Origin: Hemiscyllium ocellatum
Taxonomy: Eukaryota
Reading direction: 5' to 3'
Assembly (NCBI RefSeq): GCF_020745735.1
Contig: NC_083411.1
Span: forward strand, 23,395,263-23,459,262
Length of the DNA stretch: 64,000 bases
The position numbers were made by a program, and so were the translations under genes. Of this stretch, positions 24,431-37,764 are shown one piece after another; the first letter of the stretch is position 1, and each line of letters begins with the position of its first letter. Below the pieces are notes generated by a model. It had not been told where the DNA came from, searched no databases, and saw only the letters and a program-made list of their open reading frames with translations.

Positions 24431-26540
24431 ATGTTCTGTGAAGCGTTCTGCAAGTAGGCATCCTGACTCCCCAGTGTGGAGGAAATCGCATCAGGAGTGA
24501 TGGATACAATCCATTACCCACCCTCGATCTCTTTATTTCCAACTGCTGCAGGGATATTGACTGCCTCAACCTGTCCACACCCCTCACCTACTCCAACGTC
24601 TCACCCTCACAACGTGTAGCCCTCCACTACCTCTACTCCAACCCCAACCTCACCATCAAAGCAGTGGACAAGGAGGTTGCAGTGGTAGGTTGGCACACTG
24701 TCGTCTACATGGCTGAATCCAGGAGCCAACTCACAGACACCTCCTCCTGCTGCCCCCTTGACCATGACCTCACCCCCCCATCACCAAATAATCATCTCCC
24801 AGACTGTACACAACCTCATCATCTCAGGGGATCTTGCACTCATAGCTTTCAACCTCATAGTTCAGAAACTCCGCACTGTCAGGTTCTACCTCCTTCCCAA
24901 GATTCACAATCCTGACTGCCCCGGACGACCAATTATCTCAGCCTGGTCCTGCCCCACCGAACATATCAACACATACCTTGATGCTGTCCTATTCCACTCA
25001 GTCCAGTAACTTCCCACCTATGTTTAGGACACCACCCACGCGCTCCACCTCCTCCATGACTTCTGCTTCCCCAGCCCCCAATGCCTCATCTTCACCATGG
25101 ATATACAAATGTTCATCTGACATGACAAAGGACCCCCAGCCCTCCGTTTCTTCTTCTCCTGGTGTCCCCACCAATACCCTTCCAGTGACACGCTCATTCA
25201 TTTGGCTGAACTGGTCCTCACCCTCAAAATCTTCTCCTTTGAATCCTCCCACTTCCAGCAGATGAAAGGGGTAGCCATGGGCACCCACATGGGCCCCAGT
25301 TATGCCTGTCTCTTTGTCGGTTATGTGGAACAGTCCATCTACCACAGTTACAGTGGCACCATTCCCTGCCTCTTCCTCTGCTACATTGATGACTGTAGCG
25401 GCACCATCTTGTACTCTCCTGAGGAGGTTGAACAGTTCATCAACTTCACCAACACATTCCACCCCGACCTTAAGTTCACCTGGACCATCTCAGACACCTC
25501 TCTCCCCTTCCTGGACCTCTCCATCTCCAGCTCCATCAACAGTGACTGATCCAACACGGACATCTTCTACAAACCTACTGACTCTCACAGCTACCAGGAC
25601 TTCACCTCCTCCCACCCTACCTCCTGTAAAAACATCCTCCCTTATTCCCAATTCCTCTGTCTCCACCGCATCTGCTTCCAGGAGGATCAATTCCAGCACA
25701 GAACACACCAGATGGCCTTCGTCTTAAAGATCGCAATTGCCCTGCCACATGGTCGATGATGCCCTCCAGCGCATCTTGTCCACTTCTTGCACCTCTGCCC
25801 TTGAACTCCATCTCTCCAACTTCCAGATACATTGCATCATCCTCCGCCATTTCCGTCACCTACAAACAGACCCCACCACCAGAGACATGTTCCCCTCCCC
25901 ACACCTATTTGCATTCCGTAAAGGCAATTCCCTCTGCAACTGTCTTGTCAGGTCAACGCCCCCCCCACCAGCCCACCATCCCCTCCCGGCACCTCCCCCT
26001 GCCAATGCAAGAATTGTAAAGCCTGTGCCGACACCTATCCCACTCACCTCCGTCCAAGTCCCCAAAGAATGCAATCTCCTCTACATTGGAGAGATGGGAC
26101 TCCTACTTGCAGAGTGCTTCAGAGAACATCTCCAGGACACCCACACCAACCAACCCCACCATCCTGTGGCTAAACACTTTAACTACTCCTCCCACTCCGC
26201 AAAGGACATGCAGGTCCTGAGCCTCCTCCATTGCCAAACCCTAACCACTTAATGCCTGGAGGAAGAACACCTCATTTTCTGCCTTGGGACCCTCCAACCA
26301 CACAGGATTAATGTGGATTTCCCCTTCCCCCACCTTATCCCAAAACCAATCTTCCAACTTGGCACTGCCCTCATGACCTGTCTTACCTGTCCATCTTCTT
26401 TCCCACCTATCCGTTTCACCCCCCTCTCTGACCTATCACAATTACCTCCACATTCATCTACCTATTGCATTCTCAACTACCTACCCCCTAGCCCCACCCC
26501 ACTTCCCATTTATCTCTCTACCACCTTGGCTGACAGGCCT

Positions 26541-26578
26541 CATTCTTGATGAAGGGCATATGCCCGAAACGTCGATTC
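26541..26578 (+). ncRNA. Minimal hammerhead ribozyme motif in Penelope pLTR (C3U variant)
   Basis: ttc-TTGATGA-a-gggc(atat)gccc-GAA-ACGT-C-gatt: palindromic ACGT, GUC cleavage triplet. Confidence 0.65.
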
Positions 26579-26959
26579 CCCTGGTCCTTGGATGCTGCCT
26601 GACCTGCTGTGCTTTTCCAGTGCTGCACTCTCAACTCTGATCTCCAGCATCTGCAGTCCTCACTTTCTCCACACTATAAACTTGACTGGTTATTTTAAAT
26701 TGCTGTTAATTTGGCGTTAGCACACTCATGATTGTTCAGTAGGTGCAGTCTCTATTCATGGAATCACATCTATGTGTAAACATTTTATTTTAGGTTTTCA
26801 AAGTGTAGGCTGTGTGAATATGGTCTGTTCTCGTCCTATTATGAAGAAATGAAGAAAAATGCTGCTTGATCAATCTGCCAAACCTTGCAATATAAACCAC
26901 AAAGCCTTCAAAGTTGACTTGCGACTAACCAGCAGCTTTTTCTCTTATAAGATAAATTG

Positions 26960-27055
26960 GGTGATCATTTGAAATTTGGGATTTTTGAATTTGTCCTGAA
27001 GAGTGTAAAGGGAAAAGCTTCAGCAAGGTACATCTTTTCAGCAATATTCAAGTTG
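26960..27055 (+). repeat. Degenerate hammerhead-like terminus, possible fourth Penelope pLTR family
   Basis: ttgtc-CTGAAGA-gtgtaaagg-GAA-AAGCTT-C-agcaa; helix II poorly paired. Confidence 0.4.
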
Positions 27056-28196
27056 TCACCTTGCAGCTATCAAAACAATTCGACCGGAGCAGTTTGCCCA
27101 TGAGTTTCTAGTAATGGATAAAATATCAGAAGCTGCTTTTCCTATGTAGCATTAATATGTTGATTAATCGCACCAATAAAACCTCTCTTCCCCTATTCCC
27201 CCAACCAGTTCCTATTCTGGCTTGGCTTTCTCTGCACAGTTAATTCAATTAAAATCTTCTTCAGCTCTTCACATGTAATTCCATGATTAAACAGAGTAAG
27301 CAATTCTCCTATGCTGTACTATCCTTGCATTAAACAGTAAACAGACTTCCTTTCTCTGTTACACTGAAGCAACTGAGGTAAAGTGAAATCAAACAGTAAC
27401 TGAGTCATAATCTCTGACCACATCTTGTTTCCTTGAAGCCAGCAAGTTTGCCAATTTAGAACCATGTTTTAGGAGCTGATATGTGCTCAGAGGCATGAGT
27501 TGAAATCAAATCTCAGACAGTAACTTTACAGCCAGCGGGCAATGGAGTATCTTTGTAATTATCAACTGCAGGACATAGTCTTCCACGATCACTTGAGACC
27601 CAAATGCGTTGTTACCAATCACTGTACTCCACCAAAGACCAAGTAACACTGAAACAAATCTCTCCCGCTCAGAAGTGAGTTTACTTTAAAATTTCTTTCT
27701 TTCCCCCTCATTCCCCGTGAGTATTGAGTTAATCTTGCCATACGGCTCTTATGGGTATGGGCAGCCCTCTGGGTTTCCTATCTAAAAAGGTCATTTTTCT
27801 TGTCTGAATAGTAGATGGTAAATTATTCAACATTCGGTGTATTATAACCCAAAACAACCTTATTTTCATCCAACACCCACAACCCCACATAAAATCTAAA
27901 GCAAGAAATCAATGTGTAAGAAGTGGGACAGCGATCCTTGGCTGATTACTCCTTCCCCCAGCCCAAAGCTGCTAAGGTAATTTATTGCATTTCCAGTCAC
28001 GGTCAGGTAGTTAACTCAGCTCATGCTGGGATTAAGCCTGGGACAGCCCCCTAGGTGAAAATAGCACATGTGGATATTATAATGCGTCATCAGGACAAAA
28101 GACATTTTGATGTAAAATAAAGTAATTAAGTGTAACAAACACTCTTCCAATTGATAAAAATAGAAAAAAAAGTGATATCTCTTGAACCTGCATGTA

Positions 28197-28600
28197 CATA
28201 ACAACATAAGAACGAGGAGCAGGAGTAGGCCATTTGGCCCTTTGAGCCTGCTATGCCATTCAACAAGATCATGGTTGTTTTGTGGACTCAGCTCCACTTA
28301 CCTACCTGCTCACCATAATCCTTAATTCCTTTACTGTTCAAAAATCTATCTCTCTTTGCCTTAAAAACATTCAACAAGGTAGCATCAACGGCTTCACTGG
28401 ACAGGGAATTCCACAGATTCACAACCCTTTGGGTGAAGGAGTTCCTCCTCAACTCAGTCATAAGTCTGCTCCTCCTTATTTTGTGGTTACTTCCCCTAGT
28501 TCTGGTTTCACCAGCCAGTGGAAACAATCCCCCTGATTCTACCTTATCTATTCTCTTCATAATTTTATATGTTCCTACAACATCCCCCCTCATTCTTCAA
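28197..28600 (-). mobile_element. CR1 LINE 3' end
   Basis: ORF 28288-28593 RGDVVGTYKIMKRIDKV..FTQRVVNLWNSL; tail cataagaac. Confidence 0.9.
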
Positions 28601-28644
28601 AATTGTAGCTTTTTGAAGGGTGATAGGTCAGACAGGAGGGTGGA

Positions 28645-28800
28645 GCTGTGCTCCCCACTTACAAGCCTCATTCCTGATGAAGGGCTTATGCCTGAAACTT
28701 TGATTCTCCTGCTCCTCAGTTGCTGCCTGACCTGCTGTGATTTTCCAGCATCATATTCTCAACTCTGGTCTCCAACATCTGCAATCCTCACTTTCTCCTA
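28645..28800 (+). repeat. Solo Penelope pLTR family A with hammerhead core
   Basis: attcCTGATGAagggcttatgcctGAAActttgattctcctgctcc...cactttctcc; short inverted piece gaagggtgataggtcagac just upstream. Confidence 0.85.
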
Positions 28801-29624
28801 ACTGACTGATCTCTGTGTGACTTCCTAGTGACTTATTGCTAATTCCCATCTGGTTACGCCGGACCCACAGGACTGACCTTGGCCCAGTCCTTGGACTGTA
28901 ATGATGTGGGACACTTGACTCTGAACGTCCCAAGCAGCTGACTAACTGTATCCAAGCCCCTGGATTGTGATCAGATAATATCTTTAACAGCGTCTGGTGG
29001 GACCCCCTGACAGATAACAGTCTTCCTTGCTTTGACTGAAATCAGCTTCCCTTAACCTTTGAGGCATAGCTATTTGGGTAGAAGCACATGCAATGTGATT
29101 AAGCTGTTGTCACATGATGTGGGTATGACATTGACATTGCGTGATGCTGTACAACAATATGGCCACCCCCTTGACTAACCATTGCTGGCAATTATGACAA
29201 GGTGCACTAAGAGGGAGGGTAATATAGAAGTACTGTGAGGCTGTAAATTCTCAATGAAATGACAATGCACAAAAAAACAAGACAAGACAAGGCAAGGCAG
29301 AGATGAGGAATGCTGGTCATGCTGGAGGGCCAGATGAATAAGTGGTGAGCTGGAGCCACCATGGACTTGCTCAGACATTCTTGCCAGGAATTTTCGCCAT
29401 CTGGTTTCTATATTTTGCCTGGAAAAATAGCTGCATTTTAATTTTTTTCCATCTTGCCCTACTTTTTCCAAATGACTTGCCACTGCCTACATTGTTCAGA
29501 GGCTGAGAAGGTTCTGCCAGTGACTTTGTCTAAAGGACAATAAAATCTTCAAGGTGAAATATGGCTCTTCTGAGTAGTGTCTTAAAAATTAAATTTGTTT
29601 TAAATTTTTGCAGAAACAACTCTG

Positions 29625-30020
29625 AATCTAAACATATTTATCTATCAAATAAGTCAAGCAAATAGATAAACAGCAAAGATTTATGATAACTTTGTTTGTG
29701 CTGAGCGATTTCAATTGTGCTGATAGATTATCAAAGCGGGAGTTATTCTTTTGAGGGAAGAGACACGTGAGCGGAGATTTCAGAGAAATGTTCAAAATCA
29801 TGTGCGGTTTCAATCAAATTGATCGAGAAAGAAACTTCCCTGTTGGCGGAATGATCAAGAACCACAGGACACCATTTTAAAGTGATCATCAAAAGAATCA
29901 ATGCAACATGAGGCATTGGGTACTTGGGATCTAGAATATACAAATGGAGATTGTGTTGGAGTCAGTTTCAATTGTGGCTTTCAAAATGCAATTGAGGAAG
30001 TGTCTGAAAGAAAATATCTC
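29625..30020 (+). mobile_element. Highly decayed CR1 3' fragment
   Basis: gagttattctttgag..ggagatttcagagaaatgttcaaaatcatg..agaaagaaacttccc..caagaaccacaggacac. Confidence 0.6.
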
Positions 30021-31249
30021 AGAAGTCTACATGTGCTTTGTCAATGATAATTATGTAATACTTTTATTTAGCAGGTAATTATTTAAAACAGGAAAGCACA
30101 ATACAAATTATGAAGCCAACATTGTTGCAAAACTAACTTTTCTGTGGCTTGCAGCTTGAGAATCTCCAAAGTATTGATGGCCAGGCAAAGTTGTGACATT
30201 GTACACATACAGCGCATGGAGTCCTGAGTGGAGAATTCTCTTCAAGGCAAGGTACACATTCAACAAAGTGAAAAAAACTGGTTGAATGAGACTGGCTGAG
30301 GTTGTTCTTTAGACGACTGGCATGACAACCATCCAAAGTGCCCTTCTGTGCCATAACCATTCCATGATACTATTCTCTAATACTTAATAGGAAGTGCTCA
30401 ACTGAATTGGGGTGAAAATTCATCTTGGATGGTGCCACAAATTAGGCAGATATTAAAGTGGTTGAGTCATGCAGTTAATGAAACTGGATATCAGGCAAAA
30501 TATAACAATGCTGTCATTTGTCCAAGGTGAATTTCTACTCGTGTTTTTCCATTCATGAACGAGATTGACCACAGAGCTTTCTCGTAGGCTAGAAAATACT
30601 AAAAACAAAGATACATTTGTGAACCAAGCACAGTGTGCCATCAAGGGGACTAGGTTTGAAAATTAGTTAGATGATGTTGCACCTTGACTTGACGACTATG
30701 GAAATAACAACCATTTTTCAACAATTTAAACATGTTAGGATTCCGCTCTTTGCTTAATATCACCTCCTTCTACCATCAGATTCACACACAAAATTAAGAA
30801 ATCTGAAAGGCTACTTCTTTTCAAGTTAAAGTTGTGTTAAAAACAGGAATTTCATATGTCAAACTGGATAAGGAAGTTGAAGGCTTCTGCTAAAACAGAT
30901 GCAAATATAGTTTGTGCATACCACCTGAAGGCAGGTCTTTGGTCCGTTGTTTGCAGTTGCTGAATGACAGGAGAACTTTGTTGACAGTTTTTGTTAGTGA
31001 TGGTATGCTATTGCCATCCATCCTCAGGGGCAGAATGAAGAGGCTGTCCCAAGCCTATCTTAATCAGAACAGGAATTATATTCAAACCGTTCTTGTTACT
31101 CTGAGCTGCACATGAGTCATTGAACCAGCAGAGCTAACTATTCCCCATGATTATGTCAAACTAGATGACCCACTGTGGATTCAAAGCAGTTGGAAAATAA
31201 AGCTGAAGATCATTCCCTCTCAAATACTGGGATCCAGCAAGGAAGTGAT

Positions 31250-31612
31250 TAATTGATTTATTATGGTCACATGCTGAGATACAATGCAAAATGTTGTTTT
31301 GCATGTATTACAGTTAGATCGTACCATACAAAGTGCATAAGGACGATAGAACAGAGCGCAGAATACAGTGTTACAGCCACAGAGGAGGTGCAGAGAGAGA
31401 GAGATCAGAATTAACATTTGAGACATTCATTCAAAGGTCTTATGCCAATGGGAAAATTGCTTTTCTTGAATCTATTCATATATGTATTCAAACGTTTATA
31501 TCTTCTGCCTGATGGACTGGTTTGTGTAGTGAACTGGACTTGGTTCATGACTCTCTGTAGTTTCTTGCAGTCATGCTGTGATGCATCCAGATAGGATGTT
31601 TTCAGTGGTGCA
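31250..31612 (-). mobile_element. Short internally deleted Rex1/Babar derivative
   Basis: Colinear with 19070-19500 (atagaacaga..gaatac.gtgttacagc; ttcatgactctctgtagtttcttgc; catccagataggatg). Confidence 0.8.
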
Positions 31613-33225
31613 AGACTACAGAGCTCAGGACTCAGAATGAGTGCATATAAATTTGCAGGAAAATGAGGCATTCGCAGATTTCATCAATTCCCTGCCTGTG
31701 AGTATATTTGGCTGATATTTATATTGTAGGAATCACCAAGAAGGAATTCCTAACAATAGTACTTGTTCTTCATGAATTATACCTTGATATTCATGTCACA
31801 AATGTTGGAATTAATGAAGCTGATTAGTATCCTGTTCAGTTTGAAAGTATTCTTTGATAGGTTGCCCTTTAAATATCCTAACAAACTAGAGTTCTGGGAG
31901 CAATTATTACTTCAGATGTCACTTGTCATTTGACCTTTTTAAAACAGAAATTGTGAAAGGGCAGAAACTTGTATATTTTAAGAAGGAAAAAAAATGGATA
32001 ACTGTCATTGACCATAGAAAAACAAAGACCACACTCTGTTGAAAATCATGGAAGCAATCCGATTCAAGCAGTTTGGCCTTGTGGAAGAAATTAAAAAGTA
32101 TGGCAGTAATTGGAATCAGTGTTACAAGCAGATCAGTTAAAAGCTTTGAATACAATTCCACAACTCCAGATTGTCATATCTATTTGAACAGCATTCACTG
32201 ACCACAAAATAATTGGAGTTTGTCCCACTACTGAAACACAGTATTTGGAATTTTCAAGTTGAGGTATTATAATAGTAGCTACATGCGTTAGGCAGTCATG
32301 TTGATATGTATTCTTCTGGAAATTAAGTACCATTAGTCATCTTGCCCGGTTGGATGATTTTTTTCTGCATGCTGTATTTACTCCATTCCAATTATCCTGT
32401 GTAAAATTGTCATAATAAGTAGGCTGAAATGTCTTTATGCGCAACTCTTGTGAACACAGTATCTTTTTGTAGGTACATTTTTCAAGTTCTATTTTGTTTC
32501 TGTGGTAACTGTGCAGTTTGCATGTATCTCTTTGTGTGAAAACTCCACTTACAAAATAAAATGCTTCCATACAACAGTTGTGTGTCTGTTTGTAAGCAGA
32601 AGAAAAAAGTATGCAAACATCTGCCTTTGCTCTAATTCTGGAATTGTAGAAAGCTTTTCAATGTGCTCACCCCCAATTTACCATTTAACATGAAGCAGGA
32701 ATGATTCCTTTTGTTTATATGCACAGTTGCAAGCAGAAATTCTGATGTTGTTATCAGTAATTTGATGCTTCTCCAAACAGTGAGTTGAGATAGCCCTAGA
32801 TTGCAATGATTTTGAAATTATTGACTTGACAACTTCCGCTTTTATGTTCCATCTCACTGTAAAAACTGTAGAAAACTTGAATAAGGCATTACTGGATTTT
32901 TAATACTGTCTTAAGTTTGTAATTATTTCTACCTACCTCAGCCGAATCTAGTAGTCATTTTATATTTATAGAATGGAAAAATTCTTTTTTATGATAAGAA
33001 ATTCCACATTTAAAAGAAAAGTTTAGTTTTATATTTTAGTTTCTACCCTAACGTCAAGTATGTGTTCCAACATCATACAAACGATTTGTAAAATTATACA
33101 GTAAAGAGTTTCAATAGGTTTTACTTGTTAGGTCGCTATCTGAGAGAATACTTCAACATGATGGACTGCTTACCTTAATCAATGTATCCACTGTTGCTGG
33201 ATACTTGGAGATTCTCTTACATTTA

Positions 33226-33608
33226 GTACAGTTAGTAAATTTGCAGATGGCACCAAAATTGGAGGTGTAGTGGACAGCGAAGAGAGTTACCTCAGATTAT
33301 AACAGGACCTTGACCAGATGGGCCAATGGGCTGAGAAGTGGCAGATGGAATTTAATTCAGATAAATGCGAGGTGCTGCATTTTGGGAAAGCAAATCTTAG
33401 CAGGACTAGAGAGTATTGCTAAGTAAAGAGACCTTGGAGTGCAGGTTCATAGCTCCTTGAAAGTGGAGTCGCAGGATAGTGAAGAAGGCGTTTGGTGTGC
33501 TTTCCTTTATTGGTCAGAGTATTGAGTACAGGAGTTGGGAGGTCATGTTGCGGCTGTACAGGACATTGGTTAGGCCACTTTTGGAATATTGTGTGCAATT
33601 CTGGTCTC
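33226..33608 (+). mobile_element. CR1 internal RT fragment with small deletions
   Basis: Near-identical to 570-980 (gttagtaaatttgcagatg...caattctggtctc). Confidence 0.9.
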
Positions 33609-34189
33609 AATGTTGACTGCAAAATCCAGCCCAATACCTGAGCAGAAATTCATGGATTCAAGGTTAACTCCCAAGTGTTAAACACAGAGACCTATAAATT
33701 AGATTGCAGAGCAGCATTATGAAGCCAACCAAAATTGCTTAAGCATGTAATACAGCAGGTATATTCTTATGTTGCACTTGCCATTTTCATGACAGCCCTC
33801 TCTGAGCCATTCAAATGGGACAACGCACTGAGGTAGTGCACTAGAAATAAAGATCCACTATTCTCACAGTCATCACAAAATTTAAAGATTCCACGATGAT
33901 AAACTTTTCCTGTTTATGAGAAGTAGACTCTAGTTACATATTAGCAGTTATCAACCTTAGCATACAACACTACTAATTAAAACTCCAATCCCCTTAGAAA
34001 CTCTTCCTACATACAGACATAAAAATCAAACAGGATAAAAATATGCAATGGTAGAGAGAAAACTGGTTAAAAAAAAGTACATATGTTGTTAATCCTAGGC
34101 CCTGTTATTGGGATGATTTTTTTGATTCCATGCTGGCCAGCTTGTTGTTTCAGTCGTCTTTTTCTGGACACTTCTACTGGTTAGTAAGT

Positions 34190-34520
34190 AGATGGTCTTA
34201 TGGCATTATTGCTGGACTGTAGACCCCAGGTAATGATCTAGGGACCTGGGTTTGAATCCTACTACAGCAGATGGTAAAATTTGGATTCAATAAAAAAATC
34301 TGGAATTAGAGTCTAATGATAACTATTGCTAACTGTCGGGGAAAAAAACCCATCTGGGTTCACTAATGCTCTTCAGGGAAGACAACTGCTATCCTTATCT
34401 GTGACTCCAGACCCACAGCAATGTAGTTGATTCTTAACTGCCCTCTGGACAATTAGGGATAGGTAATAAATGCTGCCCAGCCAGTGACGCTCTTGTCTTG
34501 GGAATGTATAAAGGAAAAAA
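34190..34520 (+). mobile_element. Bipartite tRNA-headed SINE
   Basis: Box B ggtttgaatcc; body to ..taactgccctctg (34447) then LINE tail gacaattagggataggtaataaatgctg..cagccag. Confidence 0.85.
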
Positions 34521-35395
34521 AACACAAGCTGGCCAGTTTGCTTATAAAAAGCCTTTGATTTATTAGTTAAAAGTCACAGCTTTTAACAACTGCTACAGGA
34601 AAGAGAAACTGACTTTCTTTCAGATTTACAGTGAGTTTTGACTGCAGCGAACAGAGAAATTGCTCCCAATCTGGGGAAGAACTGAACACTTCTCTCTGTC
34701 CATAACTTATTCTAAATTCCAAGCTGTTCAGTTACTTGAGATCCATTCACACGGTTTTGACAGGCGAAAAGGCGTTGTCATTGATAATTGGTCCCGGGCC
34801 CATAGACTAACCAACTCCTTGGTGCCAGCAAAAGCTACATCTGTACATCACCACCCCCACATTAGTTCCAGTGGGTGTGCTACTCATTCTTCAAGTACCA
34901 TTTGTTGAAATAGCTGTTTACATGAAGCTCGCTTTCGGTGTCTTGGTTTCAAAACATATAGCCACACTTTTAAAAAAAAGTTCTTTCTTATTTCAGTCCA
35001 TAGCTTTTCTAAAACAAAAACACAAATGAAAAGACACAGTCCTTACATCGGGTAAATCCCTGAAGCAGATGTTGGTCTATTACTGTATAAATTAAGTATC
35101 TAAAACTGGTTCCAGGTCTTTTAGTGAAATAATTTGCAACTGGCCACATGTACTCCATGCTCAGTTTTCTGAGATGTATACTCTGTAAAGCGAAGCTTTC
35201 ACCTGCGAGGTAAAGTAAGGGTATATGTGAAACTGGGGTGGATTCTTCTGGACCTAAATGCAGGGATCTAGAAGCCGGATATGAACCTGTTTAGACAAGA
35301 TGATGGAAGACTAATCCCTGCCACTTACCCACCTTTTCCTGAAGTCAGTACTTGGTTGGAAGGCCCAGGTTCCACCTTCCTGCCCTGCTGTCAAT

Positions 35396-36445
35396 TGACA
35401 ATAGACAATAGGTGCAGGAGTAGGCCATTCTGCCCTTCGAGCCTGCACCACCATTCAATATGATCACGGCTGATCATCCTTAATCAGTATCCTGTTCCTG
35501 CCTTTTCTCCATAACCCTTGATTCCACTATCCTTGAGAACTCTATCCAACTCTTTCTTAAATGAATCCAGAGACTGGTCCTCCACTGCCCTTTGGGGCAG
35601 AGCATTCCACACAACCACCACTCTCTGGGTGAAGAAGTTTCTCCTCAACTCTGTCCTAAATGGTCTACCCCGTATTTTTAAGCTGTGTCCTTTGGTTCAG
35701 CACTCACCCATCAGCGGAAACATGTTTCCTACCTCCAGAGTGTCCAATCCTTTAATAATCTTACATGTCTCAATGAGATCCCCTCTCAGTCTTCTAAACT
35801 CAAGGGTATACAAGCCCAGTCGCTCCAGTCTTTCAGTGTCAGGTAATCCCGCCATTCCAGGAATTGACCTCGTGAACCTATGCTGCACTCCCTCAATAGC
35901 CAGAATGTATTTCCTCAAATTTGGAGACAATAACTGCACACAGTCCTCCAGGTGTGGTCTCACCAGGGCCCTGTACTGCTGCAGAAGAACCTCTTTCCTT
36001 CTATACTCAATCCCTCTTGTTATGAAGGCCAGCATGCTATTAGCCTTCTTCACTACCTGCTGCACCTGCATGCTTACCTTCATTGACTGGTGTACAAGAA
36101 CACCCAGATCTCTTTGTACTGCCCCTTTACCTAAATTGATTCCATTTAGGTAGTAATCTGCCTTCCTGTTCTTGCCACCAAAGTTGATAAACATACATTC
36201 ATCCACATTAAACTGCATCTGCCATGCATCTGACCACTCACCTAACCTGTCCAGGTCACCCTGTAATCTTCTAACATCCTCCTCACATTTCACCCTGCCA
36301 CCCAGCTTAGTATCATCAGCAAATTTGCTAATGTTATTACTCATACCATCTTCTATATCATTAATACATCTTGTAAAAGGCTGCGGTATCCCACTGGTCA
36401 CTGCCTGCCATTCCGAAATGGAGCCGTTTATCACTACTCTTTGTG
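35396..36445 (-). mobile_element. Relatively young CR1 LINE 3' 1 kb
   Basis: 245-aa ORF 35697-36434 with KFADDTKLGG, RDLGVLV, RGDLIET; tail gacaatagacaatag. Confidence 0.95.
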
Positions 36446-37279
36446 GCCTTTAAGTGGTCACTAAGTGGCCTCTTAAGGGCCTCATCCCAACTGAGCTGTA
36501 ATTATTTCAGCTCCAGGTGGAAGGAGAAAGAGTTGGCCTATCTAATTGTCTAACTGATGAGGGCAGGGTATCAGTTAGTGGGATGTAATGGATAGGTGAT
36601 GGCGATGTGCTGTGATCTGTGCACAACCAAGGGACTGAATCGAGGGCAGAGAAGTGGGCACTGAAAGCCATCTCATTGTTGCTAACCCCTCTGCCTGTTG
36701 TATAAGGGATTGTGTATCTGAAAGTGTTAGCGTTGAGGATTGCATTAAGCATCACCCAATATGATGATATTATACAGAACCGGGTGGAGGAACATACCTT
36801 GATGTAGTCAGACCCCAGCATTGAGGTCTTGTTCATAGTCTTAATAACAATGTCTATTGTGCCAACTTAACACTTTCCAGTTGTTATCATGTAACAAACT
36901 ACATTTTGTTTAGGATGAGCGTGAGTTCTCATTCAATTACTGAATGGTTTTCCTCTATGACACTAGACCGTCAGGTGCTGTGTATCCCTACCAGGAGAGA
37001 GGATGGTGGCAGCAAATTGGTTAGCTGGATGGTTACTGATGAGGTATCATCATACAATATTTCCCTTCTCTCCCCCACAACCCCAAACAACATTTACCTT
37101 TCCCAGGGGTGATTCTTGTCCAGAGAGAACTGGTGAGCATTCTGGAACTGTCAGCCTCTCATTGGCCAACAACTCTTGGTGGTTGGTGCTTCCTTCTCCT
37201 GGGTCCTAATTCCAGCAGGAAGTATCCTGGCACCCAACCAGCTGCCTGATTGTTGTATGGTCCAGGATATAAACTGTTT

Positions 37280-37380
37280 AGGTTCTGAAGAAGGGTCACC
37301 AAACTTAAAATATTAACTCTGCTTTCTCCCAACAGATGCTGCTAGAACTGCTGAATTTCTCTAGCAATTTCCATTTTGTG
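37280..37380 (+). repeat. Solo Penelope pLTR family B, decayed hammerhead
   Basis: ttCTGAAGAagggtcaccaaacttaaaatattaactctg..cagatgctgc..ctgctgaatttc. Confidence 0.7.
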
Positions 37381-37764
37381 CACCTGTATGTTGATCTGTG
37401 GATATGATGTTTGATTCTGACGCAATATTCTGATTTCGACATGTAACTCCAATTCCCACTGGGCAAGCCAATGATGGTAACATGAAAATGGCACTCAAAA
37501 TAAAATGGCTTGAATGAATAAATTACATTAAAACAAAATGATTTTAAGGGGAACAACTTAAAGCAAGAATGTATTGTATGTAAATAATTTGAAATATCAC
37601 AAGTACAGAGACAGTATAGAACAACATGTTACTTCGGAGTTATGGTTTCCAAGCTTTTCCAACATTAAGTTTTTCCCTTCTTAGTCTATATTGGTGCAGG
37701 GTCCTCACCAATTTGTTACACAGCCTATTTTATGCTCGTGTGGAAAAGGAATCAGGCTATGCCA

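Larger units (their letters stand above)
22769..26670 (+). mobile_element. Penelope-like element (RT + GIY-YIG + pLTR) with inverted 5' duplication of its 3' end; inactive
   Basis: FYLLPKIH.PDCPGRPII, GVAMGTHMGPSYACLFVG, YIDD, LPFLDL, LLYIGE..FREHL..PVAKHFN in broken frames at 24511-26310; inverted copy of the 3' end at 22769-23292 plus 24431-24510; possible TSD tataagctt/tataaactt. Confidence 0.92.

Noticed and set aside
24998-26074. Minus-strand ORFs up to 154 aa, and Ser/Pro/Thr-rich alternative + frames, in the Penelope body
   Set aside because: Antisense or off-frame shadows of a C-rich retroelement ORF; no independent protein signature
33747-35047. Possible solo LTR (tgtaa...ttaca) around the SINE
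   Set aside because: No matching TSD and no recognised family
35518-36153. 211-aa + strand ORF
   Set aside because: Antisense to the CR1 RT ORF; similar shadows recur at other CR1 copies (23813-24292, 58537-58896)
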